DNA of 43,673 nucleotides from a candidate division WOR-3 bacterium (GTDB lineage: Bacteria; Hydrothermota; Hydrothermia; LBFQ01): positions 1 to 43,673 of the forward strand of contig JALUCS010000063.1 of NCBI GenBank assembly GCA_027050205.1, written 5' to 3'. A program made the translations under genes and the position numbers. Of the stretch, positions 27,846 through 36,351 are shown piece by piece; the stretch's first letter is position 1, and the number at the start of each line of letters is the position of its first letter. The notes under the pieces were generated by a model. The model did not search any database and was not told the origin of the DNA. It saw nothing but the letters and a program-made list of their open reading frames with translations.

Positions 27846-27864
27846 AAAAAAAAAAAAAAAAAAA
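27846..27864 (+). repeat. A19 homopolymer tract
   Basis: 19 consecutive A between divergent promoters. Confidence 0.9.
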
Positions 27865-28004
27865 CGACCCCGAATATGTATCAAAAAAATTGAAAAAAAT
27901 TATTACACAATGAAGAACAATTCTGAAGTACGACTAAAAGTTAGCAATACGCCACCCCTAACCCGACACCTTGGGGAAACCGCCCCCCTTAGAATGCGTA
28001 TTCC

Positions 28005-28715
28005 GTGGAGGTATTAGTGGTTTCGGACTCCCACCTCTTCCACAACACGGAGGATAGGGAGAGGTCTCTGGTGGCCCTCCTTGAGGGGGAGAGGTACGAC
28101 CTCCTCGTCCTCCTTGGCGATATGTACGACTTCTGGTACGAGTACGGGAGCGTCGTACCCAAGTACGCCTCCCTCTTCACCGCCACCGTCATAACCCTCG
28201 CCCGGCGTAAGGAGGTGCATTACGTCTCCGGGAACCACGACGCCTGGGTGGGGGACTTCTGGAGGAGAAACGGGGTAAAGGTCCATCGCTACGGCTTCCA
28301 GAGGACCATAAACGGAATCCGCTACCTCTTCACCCACGGGGACTACATCTTCGGCGGGAGGAGGTCGGGCCTGGTGAGGGCGGTGTTCCACAGCCGATGG
28401 GCGAACTTCCTCTTCTCCCTGATACACCCCGACCTCGGCATCCTGTTGGCCAGTAAGCTCTCAAAAGAGAGCCGCAAACGGGAGGAGGAGTTTGACTTCA
28501 AACGGATAGACCGGACGGTCTCGGAGAAGGGGATAGACGTCCTCGTCTCCGGCCACCTCCACCTGCCTACGGTGAGGGAGATAGGGGGCAGGTTCTTCGC
28601 CTGTCCGGGGGACTGGATGGAGCATTTCACGTACCTGAAGATAGTAGGGAGAACGTTGGAGCTTAGGGATAGGGAGGGGAGGGTGAGGGCGAGGGTGGAG
28701 GTCGCCCGCCCTTAG
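28005..28715 (+). CDS. UDP-2,3-diacylglucosamine hydrolase-like metallophosphoesterase (LpxH family)
   Basis: SDSH, LGDMYDFWYEY, GNHD, THGD, GHLH, GDW. Confidence 0.8.
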   Translation: MEVLVVSDSHLFHNTEDRERSLVALLEGERYDLLVLLGDMYDFWYEYGSVVPKYASLFTATVITLARRKEVHYVSGNHDAWVGDFWRRNGVKVHRYGFQRTINGIRYLFTHGDYIFGGRRSGLVRAVFHSRWANFLFSLIHPDLGILLASKLSKESRKREEEFDFKRIDRTVSEKGIDVLVSGHLHLPTVREIGGRFFACPGDWMEHFTYLKIVGRTLELRDREGRVRARVEVARP

Positions 28716-28725
28716 AATCCCGCCC

Positions 28726-29628
28726 ATGCTTGAAGGGACCTGGTACCTTGAGAAACATACGGAGAGCCTCCTCTATCTCCACAAGATAAGGAGCCACATA
28801 TACCACGGGAAGACGGCCTACCAGAAGGTGGATATAGTGGAGATAGAGGCCTTCGGTAAGACCCTATTTTTGGACGGAAAGATACAGTCCGCCCAGATAG
28901 ACGAGTTCGTGTATCACGAGGCCCTCGTGCATCCGGCTATGCTGACCCACCCCGACCCCAAGAACGTCATCATCTTAGGCGGTGGGGAAGGGGCGACCTT
29001 GAGGGAGGTACTAAGGCACCCCGTTGAGAGGGCTACGATGGTGGATATAGACGAGCAGCTGGTAAAGCTTTGTGAGGCCTACCTCCCGGAGTGGCACGCC
29101 GGGGCCTTCTACGACGAGAGGGCCAACTTGGTGTTTGCGGACGCCCGCTCCTACTTGGAGAACTCCGACGAGACCTACGACGTCATAATAAGCGACCTCA
29201 CCGAGCCGTTGGAGGGAGGCCCCTCCGTCCTCCTCTTCACGAGGGAGTTCTACACCACAGCCTACGAGAGGCTATCCGAGGACGGGGTACTGGTGGTCCA
29301 GTCCGCCAGCGCCGACCCCTACTACAACGACTTCGTCCGGGACGTCTACGTCACCCTCAAAAGCGTGTTCCCCAAGGTAAAGGTCTTCAGGGCGCCCGTC
29401 TTCTCCTTCCAGATGGACTGGGCCTTCACCCTCGCCACCAAGGGGAGGGACCCGGAGGAGGTACCCGTAGAGGAGATAGGGAGGAGGATAGCCCCCTTCA
29501 CCGACAAACTCCGCTTCTACACCCCAGAGCTTCACTCCGCCCTCTTCAAGCTCCCCAAGTTCCTGAAGGAGGTACTGCCCAAAGGGAGGGTTATAACCGA
29601 TGAGAACCCACCCGTGTGGCTCTCTTGA
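28726..29628 (+). CDS. speE: Polyamine aminopropyltransferase
   Basis: LDGKIQSAQIDEFVYHEALVHP, ILGGGEGATLRE, DVIISDLTEP. Confidence 0.9.
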   Translation: MLEGTWYLEKHTESLLYLHKIRSHIYHGKTAYQKVDIVEIEAFGKTLFLDGKIQSAQIDEFVYHEALVHPAMLTHPDPKNVIILGGGEGATLREVLRHPVERATMVDIDEQLVKLCEAYLPEWHAGAFYDERANLVFADARSYLENSDETYDVIISDLTEPLEGGPSVLLFTREFYTTAYERLSEDGVLVVQSASADPYYNDFVRDVYVTLKSVFPKVKVFRAPVFSFQMDWAFTLATKGRDPEEVPVEEIGRRIAPFTDKLRFYTPELHSALFKLPKFLKEVLPKGRVITDENPPVWLS

Positions 29629-29629
29629 G

Positions 29630-30103
29630 ATGGAAGGGGACGTTAAGTTCACCCTCGGTGCGGGGAAGGGGACGGCGGAGGAGTACATCCTCGCCTTTGA
29701 CCGGGCCTTGAGGGAGGCGGGCTTCTCCGACTACAACCTCCTGAAGGTCTCCTCCGTCCTACCCGCAGGCGCCCGGTTGGTTTCCAAGGTGGATATGCCC
29801 AAAGGCTCCCTACTTCCCATAGCCTTCGGCGAGATGGCCAGCGACCGGAAGGGGGATAGGATAGGGGCGGCCGTGGCCGTGGCCGTACCGGAGGACCCGT
29901 CCGCCATAGGCATAATAATGGAAGTGACGGGCCGGGAGGACGCCGAGAGCCTAAAGGAGAGGGCAAAGAGACTGGCCCTGAAGGCGATGGAGGACAGGGG
30001 TCTGAAGGTCAAGGAGGTCCTTACGGCTGGGGTGGACGCCCTCGTAGGCGATGGATACACCTGCGTGTTTGCGGGGGTGGCGATATGGAAAGGCCGAAGT
30101 TAG
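29630..30103 (+). CDS. pdaD: Pyruvoyl-dependent arginine decarboxylase
   Basis: AFDRALREAG..DYNLLKVSSVLP with the Ser-Ser self-cleavage site; GIIME. Confidence 0.85.
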   Translation: MEGDVKFTLGAGKGTAEEYILAFDRALREAGFSDYNLLKVSSVLPAGARLVSKVDMPKGSLLPIAFGEMASDRKGDRIGAAVAVAVPEDPSAIGIIMEVTGREDAESLKERAKRLALKAMEDRGLKVKEVLTAGVDALVGDGYTCVFAGVAIWKGRS

Positions 30104-30882
30104 AGTTCAAGGAGGAGCATGCCGCCGGGAGCGGCCTCTACTTCAGGGTAGACGAGGTCCTCTACAGGGGGAGGTCCGAGCTCCAAGACATCTTCGTCTT
30201 CCGCAACGAGTTCTGGGGCGTCGTCTTCGTCCTTGATGGCCTCGTTATGATGACGGAGAGGGACGAGTACTTCTATCACGAGGCCCTGGTGCATCCGCCC
30301 ATGTCGGTGGCTCCGAAGGGAGAGAGGGTCCTTGTAGTAGGGGGTGGGGACGGGGGGAGCGTCAGGGAGATCCTGAAGTACGGGCCAAGGGAGATAACCG
30401 TCGCCGAGATAGACGCTGGGGTTATAGAGGTGGCCCGCAGGTACCTACCGACGGGGCGGTACCTGGAGCATCCCAAGGTGAAGGTGGAGATAACGGACGG
30501 GGCGAAGAAGGTCAAGGAGGATAGGGGATGGGACGTGATAATCGTAGACTCCACGGACCCCGTCGGGCCGGCCAAGGTCCTCTTCTCCGAGGGTTTCCTT
30601 CGGGACCTCTACGACGCCCTCGCCGACGATGGGGTGGTGGGGATGCAGGTAGGTTCCCCTATGCTCTACTCCGAGCAGATAGCCGAGACGAGGGCCATCC
30701 TTGAGGGGATATTCCCCTACGTCCGTTTCTACGTGTCCTTCACACCTACCTACCCTTCGGGGATGTGGGGCTTCCTCCTCGCATCCAAGGTACCCATTGA
30801 GCTCCGCCGGGAGGTGCCACCGGGGAACCGCTTCCTTACGGACGAGGGGAAGGTCAGGGCGCTCTTCCTCTTAGGTGATTGA
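30085..30882 (+). CDS. speE: Second polyamine aminopropyltransferase
   Basis: LDGLVMMTERDEYFYHE, VVGGGDGG, IIVDSTDPVGP, PTYPSGMW. Confidence 0.9.
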   Translation: MERPKLEFKEEHAAGSGLYFRVDEVLYRGRSELQDIFVFRNEFWGVVFVLDGLVMMTERDEYFYHEALVHPPMSVAPKGERVLVVGGGDGGSVREILKYGPREITVAEIDAGVIEVARRYLPTGRYLEHPKVKVEITDGAKKVKEDRGWDVIIVDSTDPVGPAKVLFSEGFLRDLYDALADDGVVGMQVGSPMLYSEQIAETRAILEGIFPYVRFYVSFTPTYPSGMWGFLLASKVPIELRREVPPGNRFLTDEGKVRALFLLGD

Positions 30883-31771
30883 CGTTCCTCCTTATGCCCC
30901 TAAGCCCCGCCCTCATTAGGGGAGTGCCGGCGAACCTCTCCCTGAAGGTATCCTCGTCCATTGTCAGGAAGTCTTCGGGGGACAGATTGACGAACCTGTC
31001 CTCCTTGGCCCGCAGGTGGGGGTTGGCCCTCTCCGGGGTCTTGGAGGTCCAGGGGCATACGTCCGTACATACGTCGCACCCGAAGATCCACCCATAAGTA
31101 TCCACCCCTTCGGGAAACGTATCCCCCCTGTACTCTATCGTCCAGTAGGAGATGCACCTGTTGGCATCTACGGTCCTATCGGGCAGTATCGCCCCCGTAG
31201 GGCAGGCCCGTACGCACCGGTCGCAGGAGCCGCACCAGTCGTAGGGGAAGGGGTCGTCGGGAACGAGGACGAGGTCCGTCAGGACACCTCCGAGGAGGAC
31301 GTTGGGTCCGAGGTGGGGGCTTATCAGCATGGAGTTTTTCCCTATCCAGCCGAGGCCGGCGAGGGTGGCCAACTCCCTCTCCAAGACGGGGGCGGAGTCC
31401 GAAAATATGAAGTACCTGCCTCCGAACTCCCCTTCGGCCCACCTGACGAACCTCCTTAGGAGCTTCTTAAACACCCTGTGATAGTCCCTCCGGGTGGCGT
31501 ACCGGCTTATCTTGAGGCGGGGGTTCACCCTCCTCCTGCCGTAGGTAAGGGCGACGATTACGGCGGAGGCCGCACCGGGGAGGAGCCTATCGGGGGAGAG
31601 CCTGACGTCCAGGGTCCGGGCCATCCACCCCATCCCCGCGAATCTCCCCTCCTCTATCCACCTTAGGAGCCTCTCCCTAGCCGGGGACGGTGGGAAGCCG
31701 AGGAGGGAGGCTATACCGACGGCGTCAAAGCCCAGTCCCTTCAGAAAGTCCTTTATACGTCCCTCCACCAT
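30854..31771 (-). CDS. queG: Epoxyqueuosine reductase
   Basis: SRYA..RDYH, DSAPVLERE, GWIGKN, CGSCDRCVRACPT, CISYWTIE, GCDVCTDVCPW. Confidence 0.93.
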   Translation of the reverse strand: MVEGRIKDFLKGLGFDAVGIASLLGFPPSPARERLLRWIEEGRFAGMGWMARTLDVRLSPDRLLPGAASAVIVALTYGRRRVNPRLKISRYATRRDYHRVFKKLLRRFVRWAEGEFGGRYFIFSDSAPVLERELATLAGLGWIGKNSMLISPHLGPNVLLGGVLTDLVLVPDDPFPYDWCGSCDRCVRACPTGAILPDRTVDANRCISYWTIEYRGDTFPEGVDTYGWIFGCDVCTDVCPWTSKTPERANPHLRAKEDRFVNLSPEDFLTMDEDTFRERFAGTPLMRAGLRGIRRNVNHLRGRAP

Positions 31772-32807
31772 GGAGTTTCTCAACTATCCCCTTGAAGACC
31801 TCAAAGCTCCTCTCCGTGGAATAGGGGAGGACAAGGCGGCGCAGAGTCGGGTCCTTACCCCGCTTCAGGGCCTCCCTGACCCTCTCTGTGGCCTCCTCCG
31901 GCGAGGTGTAGAAGAGGACGTCCGGGAAGTTGTTGGCAAAGGACTCCCACCTTACGGAGACGGTGGGGAGGCCGAGGGCGAAGTACTCAAGGACCTTGTT
32001 GGGGAAGTCCATCGCCTCTATCAGGGGGGAGAGCCTGAAGGGGATGAGGGCGGCGTCGGAGTGGCGGAGGTAGAGGTGGACCTTAACGTGGGGCTTCGGG
32101 CCGAGGAGGAAGACGTTTGAGGGTAGAGGCGGGGGGGAGGCCCTCAAGGGGCCGACTACGACGAAGGAGACCTCCGGTACGTTGCGGGCTATGTAGGTTA
32201 GGGTCTCCCAGTCAAACCACTCTGCTATCGCACCGACGTATATCACCCTCGGACGGGGTACGGGTTTGAGGTCCTCCGGCTCCGGAAAGTCCCCCTCAAC
32301 GGGGAAGAGGGAGAGGTCTACGGGGTTGGGCAGATACACGGCCTTCTCCTTGGGTACGTCCTTCAGGAGCCTCCTGTGGGCGACGAGGATGACGTCGCTC
32401 CTCTCTATGAACCTTCTCTCCTCCTCCACTATCACGTCCGGGACCCCAAAGCCTGCGAGGTGGTCGTTCATCCTGTATATCCTTACCTTCGCCCTCACCC
32501 TGTTGGCGAAGTAGAGCAGGGGGGAGGCGTCCGTCATAAGGAGGTCCCACTCCCTGCGGAGTCCCCCGTAGGGTTGGAGGTGGAAGGTTAGGGACCAGAG
32601 CCACCTCCACCTCATCCAGCGGTTGGGGAGGGGGCGGAGCATACGGTGGGTTATCCCGCCCTTCCCCTTGAGGTAGGTTATGGGGTTCTCAAGGTTGGCA
32701 TGCTCCACCCTGTAGCCCATTTTTTGGAGGAAGCGGGCGAACTTAAAGATGCCGACGTCAAGGATGCCGTCCCATCGGTTGGGGGAGAGGACGAGGGCCT
32801 CTCCCAT
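31725..32807 (-). CDS. GT-B glycosyltransferase (GT4/GumK-like)
   Basis: YLPNPVD, IYVGAIAEWFD, LLGPKPH, PNKVLEYFALGLPTVS. Confidence 0.8.
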   Translation of the reverse strand: MGEALVLSPNRWDGILDVGIFKFARFLQKMGYRVEHANLENPITYLKGKGGITHRMLRPLPNRWMRWRWLWSLTFHLQPYGGLRREWDLLMTDASPLLYFANRVRAKVRIYRMNDHLAGFGVPDVIVEEERRFIERSDVILVAHRRLLKDVPKEKAVYLPNPVDLSLFPVEGDFPEPEDLKPVPRPRVIYVGAIAEWFDWETLTYIARNVPEVSFVVVGPLRASPPPLPSNVFLLGPKPHVKVHLYLRHSDAALIPFRLSPLIEAMDFPNKVLEYFALGLPTVSVRWESFANNFPDVLFYTSPEEATERVREALKRGKDPTLRRLVLPYSTERSFEVFKGIVEKLHGGGTYKGLSEGTGL

Positions 32808-33253
32808 CAGTACTCACCCCTCCTCATGGCCCTCTCCATATCCCTCCGCTTTATGGCCTCCCTCTTCTCGTACTTCCTCTTACCCTTCGCCAGGCCGATG
32901 ATAATCTTTATCCAGCCCCGCTTGTTTATCACCTTCAGGGGTACGGCCGTGTATCCCCTCATAGTTATCCGGCCGATTATCCTGTCTATCTCCCTCCGGT
33001 GGAGGAGGAGCTTCCTCGGACGCTTGGGGTCGGGCTTAAAGACGGCGGTCTTATCGTAGGGGGCGATGTGCATGTTGTAGATGTAGAGTTCCCCGTCCTT
33101 TGGCCTGACGAAGGCCTCCTGTATGCTCACCCTACCGAGCTTAACCGACTTGACCTCCGACCCCTCTAAGACTATCCCCGCCTCGTAGGTCTCCTCTATG
33201 TGGTAGTCGTGGTAGGCCTTGCGGTTCTCGGAGATTACCCTCTGGTAAGCCAT
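32807..33253 (-). CDS. smpB: SsrA-binding protein
   Basis: NRKAYHDY, EAGIVLEGSEVKS, RKLLLHRREI, GKRKYEKRE. Confidence 0.97.
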   Translation of the reverse strand: MAYQRVISENRKAYHDYHIEETYEAGIVLEGSEVKSVKLGRVSIQEAFVRPKDGELYIYNMHIAPYDKTAVFKPDPKRPRKLLLHRREIDRIIGRITMRGYTAVPLKVINKRGWIKIIIGLAKGKRKYEKREAIKRRDMERAMRRGEY

Positions 33254-33471
33254 GCTATCACCCAGAGTATCAGGTTCAGAAGGAGCGTCAGGAGGAGGGA
33301 GAGGAGAAGGGACGTGCCGATGGGCAGGTAGACGTCGGCGTTCCCCCAGCGGAAGTGGAGGTCAAGGGGTAGGTTTCCGAGGCCGAACTTCGGTACAAGG
33401 AGGAGAAGCGCGCCGATTACCACCAGAACCACCCCCATCACTATCAGGAGCTTCCCCGTACTCTCGTACAT
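33235..33471 (-). CDS. DUF2905-like small membrane protein
   Basis: GKLLIVMG...LGNLPLD...YLPIGTSLLLSLLLT. Confidence 0.75.
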   Translation of the reverse strand: MYESTGKLLIVMGVVLVVIGALLLLVPKFGLGNLPLDLHFRWGNADVYLPIGTSLLLSLLLTLLLNLILWVIAWLTRG

Positions 33472-33481
33472 GGTTGCAATT

Positions 33482-34051
33482 CTACCGCCGTAGGTTGAGG
33501 AGTGCGATGCTGTCTATAACCAGGACGACGCTGGCTCCCATAGACCTTAGGACGATCCGGCGGGGATGGGGGATGGGATCGTAGGAGTAGTCCTCCATCC
33601 TCAAGATGGCCCTCCTTCCCCTGTAGGCTATGAGGTTATCGTCAAGTAGCTTTACCTCGTTTCCGTTCCAATAGAGTACTACGGTGTCCCCCCTGAAGTC
33701 CATCCGGCCGTTCTCTACGTCCGTGCATACGACCGAGTCCCACCTTATGACGTACGTACGGTCGTCGTCCATCTTAACGTAGATGGTGTCGGATACCTTG
33801 TAGAGCCTAAAGGTACCCCTCTCCCGGTTGAACAGGAAGGTGATGGTGTAGGTGCCGTAGGCCACGAAGTCGGGTCGGTTGTCGTAGAGGAGCTTTATCC
33901 TTCCCAACTCCATCTCGGCAAGGATGGTGGGAGGGACGGAGAGGGCAACCTTCCGAGGTTTCGCCCTCTTTCCGGATACGAAGGGTAGGGAACAGGAGGG
34001 TAGCAGTGCGGCGAGTAGGAGGAGTTTAGAAGGTAATGGCGAAATCCGCAT
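33482..34051 (-). CDS. Hypothetical lipoprotein
   Basis: Signal peptide ending LLPSC; beta-rich body. Confidence 0.55.
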   Translation of the reverse strand: MRISPLPSKLLLLAALLPSCSLPFVSGKRAKPRKVALSVPPTILAEMELGRIKLLYDNRPDFVAYGTYTITFLFNRERGTFRLYKVSDTIYVKMDDDRTYVIRWDSVVCTDVENGRMDFRGDTVVLYWNGNEVKLLDDNLIAYRGRRAILRMEDYSYDPIPHPRRIVLRSMGASVVLVIDSIALLNLRR

Positions 34052-36320
34052 AGGTGGTGAAGTACTCGTACTTTCCGAGGCCGACGTTTATGGGGTCCCC
34101 GCTGGCCGACATCAGGGCGTTCCCGTCGTTGTACTGCTTCTTGTAGCGGAGCTTTATCCGGAAGTACGCGTTCTTGAGGATGCTCTTGCGGACGGAGACG
34201 TAGGTCTTTATGCCGCGGTTGTACAGGAAGTCTATGCCGTCGTCCTCAAAGACCCACAGGGAGTAGCCGTTGCTGGTCCATACGGTTGAACCGGTATATA
34301 CCCTTAGGCCGCGAAGCAGATCAGTACTGTAGAAGAAGCTGAAGAAGGTACCCCTACCGGGAGGTACGTTGGTGTTATCCGACTTGTACTGGGAGTATCT
34401 CACCTCCATACCAAGAACGGCGTGGGCGTCGGTTATTATGAAGGTCCGGAGGGCGGTTTCAACGGACTTACTCTTGAAGTTTCGGCCGTACCTCATATCC
34501 GTCCTCTCCAACCAACGCCTCCAGAGTCGGAGACGGAGCGCCCACACCACCCTCCACTCCACCTCGGCGTGGAGACGGCGGTTCCACATACCGTCCGTCT
34601 TGTCCTTCCAGAAGTCAAGGTACACCCTCGGTAGGAGGATGTCCTGGAAGAGCCTGTCCCTCATCTGGAAGAAGAAACCCTCCTCCGGTTTGGGCAGGGG
34701 CAGGTCAGCTACGTTGGTGGCGAGGGGGTCAAGGAGGCGGTAGGAGTAGCGGAAGTCCGTCCTCTCAAAGCGGTTGTCCTCCTTGAAGGGGCGGGCGTAG
34801 GGGTTCCAGTAGGTGGGGTCGTAGTTGCGATAGACGAAGTCCAGACTCCTGGTCTCGCCAACGTACCGGGCGACGATGAGGGCGGAAGGTTTGAGATGGC
34901 GTAGGTTGGTGGCCAAATCGCCGCGGAGGACGAAGTCCCCGACGACGGCGCTGTAGGTTATGCCGGCGAAACGGTGGACCCTCCCCGTATCTATCCGGAA
35001 GGACGGGTCGTACTTCCACCCGCCGTTGAAGGTGCTGGAGTAGAAGGGTACGGCTACACTTCCCCAGTCGTTGCTGAAAGGCTCACCGTAGCGTATCTGG
35101 AAGAGCATAAAGCCCAGACCGAGGCCGTTGTCCCGGATGTAGTTCAGACCGCCCCCCACTATCTCCTCGTCTATCCTGTCCCTGTATATGGAGGGGACGA
35201 ACTCCGAGCCGTAATAGAAGAGGGGCCTTCCCGCCGTATCCACGACGGCGTCCTTCCTATCTTTGGAGTAAATGAAGAACGGGGAGAACCCCCGGTAGTT
35301 CCCCCACACCCCCACACCCCGCAGGCCGAAGGCGTCCCCGTAGAGTATGTCTGGCATAAGGCCCACCGTATTCCAGTACACCCTGTCGGAGAGGTTCTCG
35401 GAGGAGGTGAATATCAGGCCGTTCCCGAAGGAGAACCTGTAGTTCCCGGCTATGACCTTCAGGTAGGGCTTGGTTATCCCGATGTAGGCCTTGTTGTAGG
35501 TGGTGTAGCCGTCGTAGTGGTAGAAGCCCACGTCCACGAAGTCCCAGACTCTGAACATCCCCCGGAGGGTGGTCCGGGGCCTCGGCAGGGTGGAAATATC
35601 GTAGGACTCCTCCTTAAGCCTGTTCAGGAGCTTGGAGATGGCCTCCTCGCTCCAGCCCGCCTCCCTTAGGAGGTTTAGGGTGCGTCCCGTCCCGGAGGTA
35701 TCCATAAGCTCGTTTATGGAGGAGGCGAAGAAGGAGGAGGGGTCGTAGGCGTAGTTGTCTACGTAGCCGTGGGCGAAGAGGAAGGCCCTGAATGGCCTGT
35801 AGGTGTGACGGTAGGTGACGTAGCGGCGGAGGTTCCGGTAGCCGTACAGGGTAAGGCCGGGCGTCCAGCGTAGGTCCCTCCGGGACTTTATGCGGGTGTA
35901 CTTCCTCCACTGCACCACCTTTACGGCGTCCTTCAAGGAGACTCCCGGAAGGTTGGCCAACTCAAGGACGGTGGCGGAGTTTATATCCACCGGGTTCCCA
36001 CCGAGGAGGAGCCAGTAGGCCCGGCTCAAGTCGGAGGGGGCCTCCTCCGAGGCCCTCAAGGTTATTATCGTGTTTATCCTACTTCCGAGACCGCTCCCCC
36101 CCTCCCTGTCCTCTGGGGCGTAGAGGGTTAGCTTTTCCTTGACCTCCTTGAAGAGGGAGGGCGTCATACCCGGAACCTCAAGGAGCTGGTAGATGTTCCG
36201 GAAGCCTCCGAACCTCTGCCTGTACTTATAGACGCTGTCGGCGAGGGTACCCGGAAAGACCTCCCTCAACTCCTCAAGGGAAGCAGAATTCAGGGCCACG
36301 TAAGAGACGAGGAGAAACAT
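34026..36320 (-). CDS. Helix-hairpin-helix repeats fused to a probable outer-membrane beta-barrel
   Basis: LNSASLEEL..LLEVPGM and DINSATVLELANLPGV HhH modules, aromatic-rich strands, terminal Phe. Confidence 0.7.
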   Translation of the reverse strand: MFLLVSYVALNSASLEELREVFPGTLADSVYKYRQRFGGFRNIYQLLEVPGMTPSLFKEVKEKLTLYAPEDREGGSGLGSRINTIITLRASEEAPSDLSRAYWLLLGGNPVDINSATVLELANLPGVSLKDAVKVVQWRKYTRIKSRRDLRWTPGLTLYGYRNLRRYVTYRHTYRPFRAFLFAHGYVDNYAYDPSSFFASSINELMDTSGTGRTLNLLREAGWSEEAISKLLNRLKEESYDISTLPRPRTTLRGMFRVWDFVDVGFYHYDGYTTYNKAYIGITKPYLKVIAGNYRFSFGNGLIFTSSENLSDRVYWNTVGLMPDILYGDAFGLRGVGVWGNYRGFSPFFIYSKDRKDAVVDTAGRPLFYYGSEFVPSIYRDRIDEEIVGGGLNYIRDNGLGLGFMLFQIRYGEPFSNDWGSVAVPFYSSTFNGGWKYDPSFRIDTGRVHRFAGITYSAVVGDFVLRGDLATNLRHLKPSALIVARYVGETRSLDFVYRNYDPTYWNPYARPFKEDNRFERTDFRYSYRLLDPLATNVADLPLPKPEEGFFFQMRDRLFQDILLPRVYLDFWKDKTDGMWNRRLHAEVEWRVVWALRLRLWRRWLERTDMRYGRNFKSKSVETALRTFIITDAHAVLGMEVRYSQYKSDNTNVPPGRGTFFSFFYSTDLLRGLRVYTGSTVWTSNGYSLWVFEDDGIDFLYNRGIKTYVSVRKSILKNAYFRIKLRYKKQYNDGNALMSASGDPINVGLGKYEYFTTYADFAITF

Positions 36321-36351
36321 CGGAAGGCTATTTTACGGGCGGGAGAGGGGG

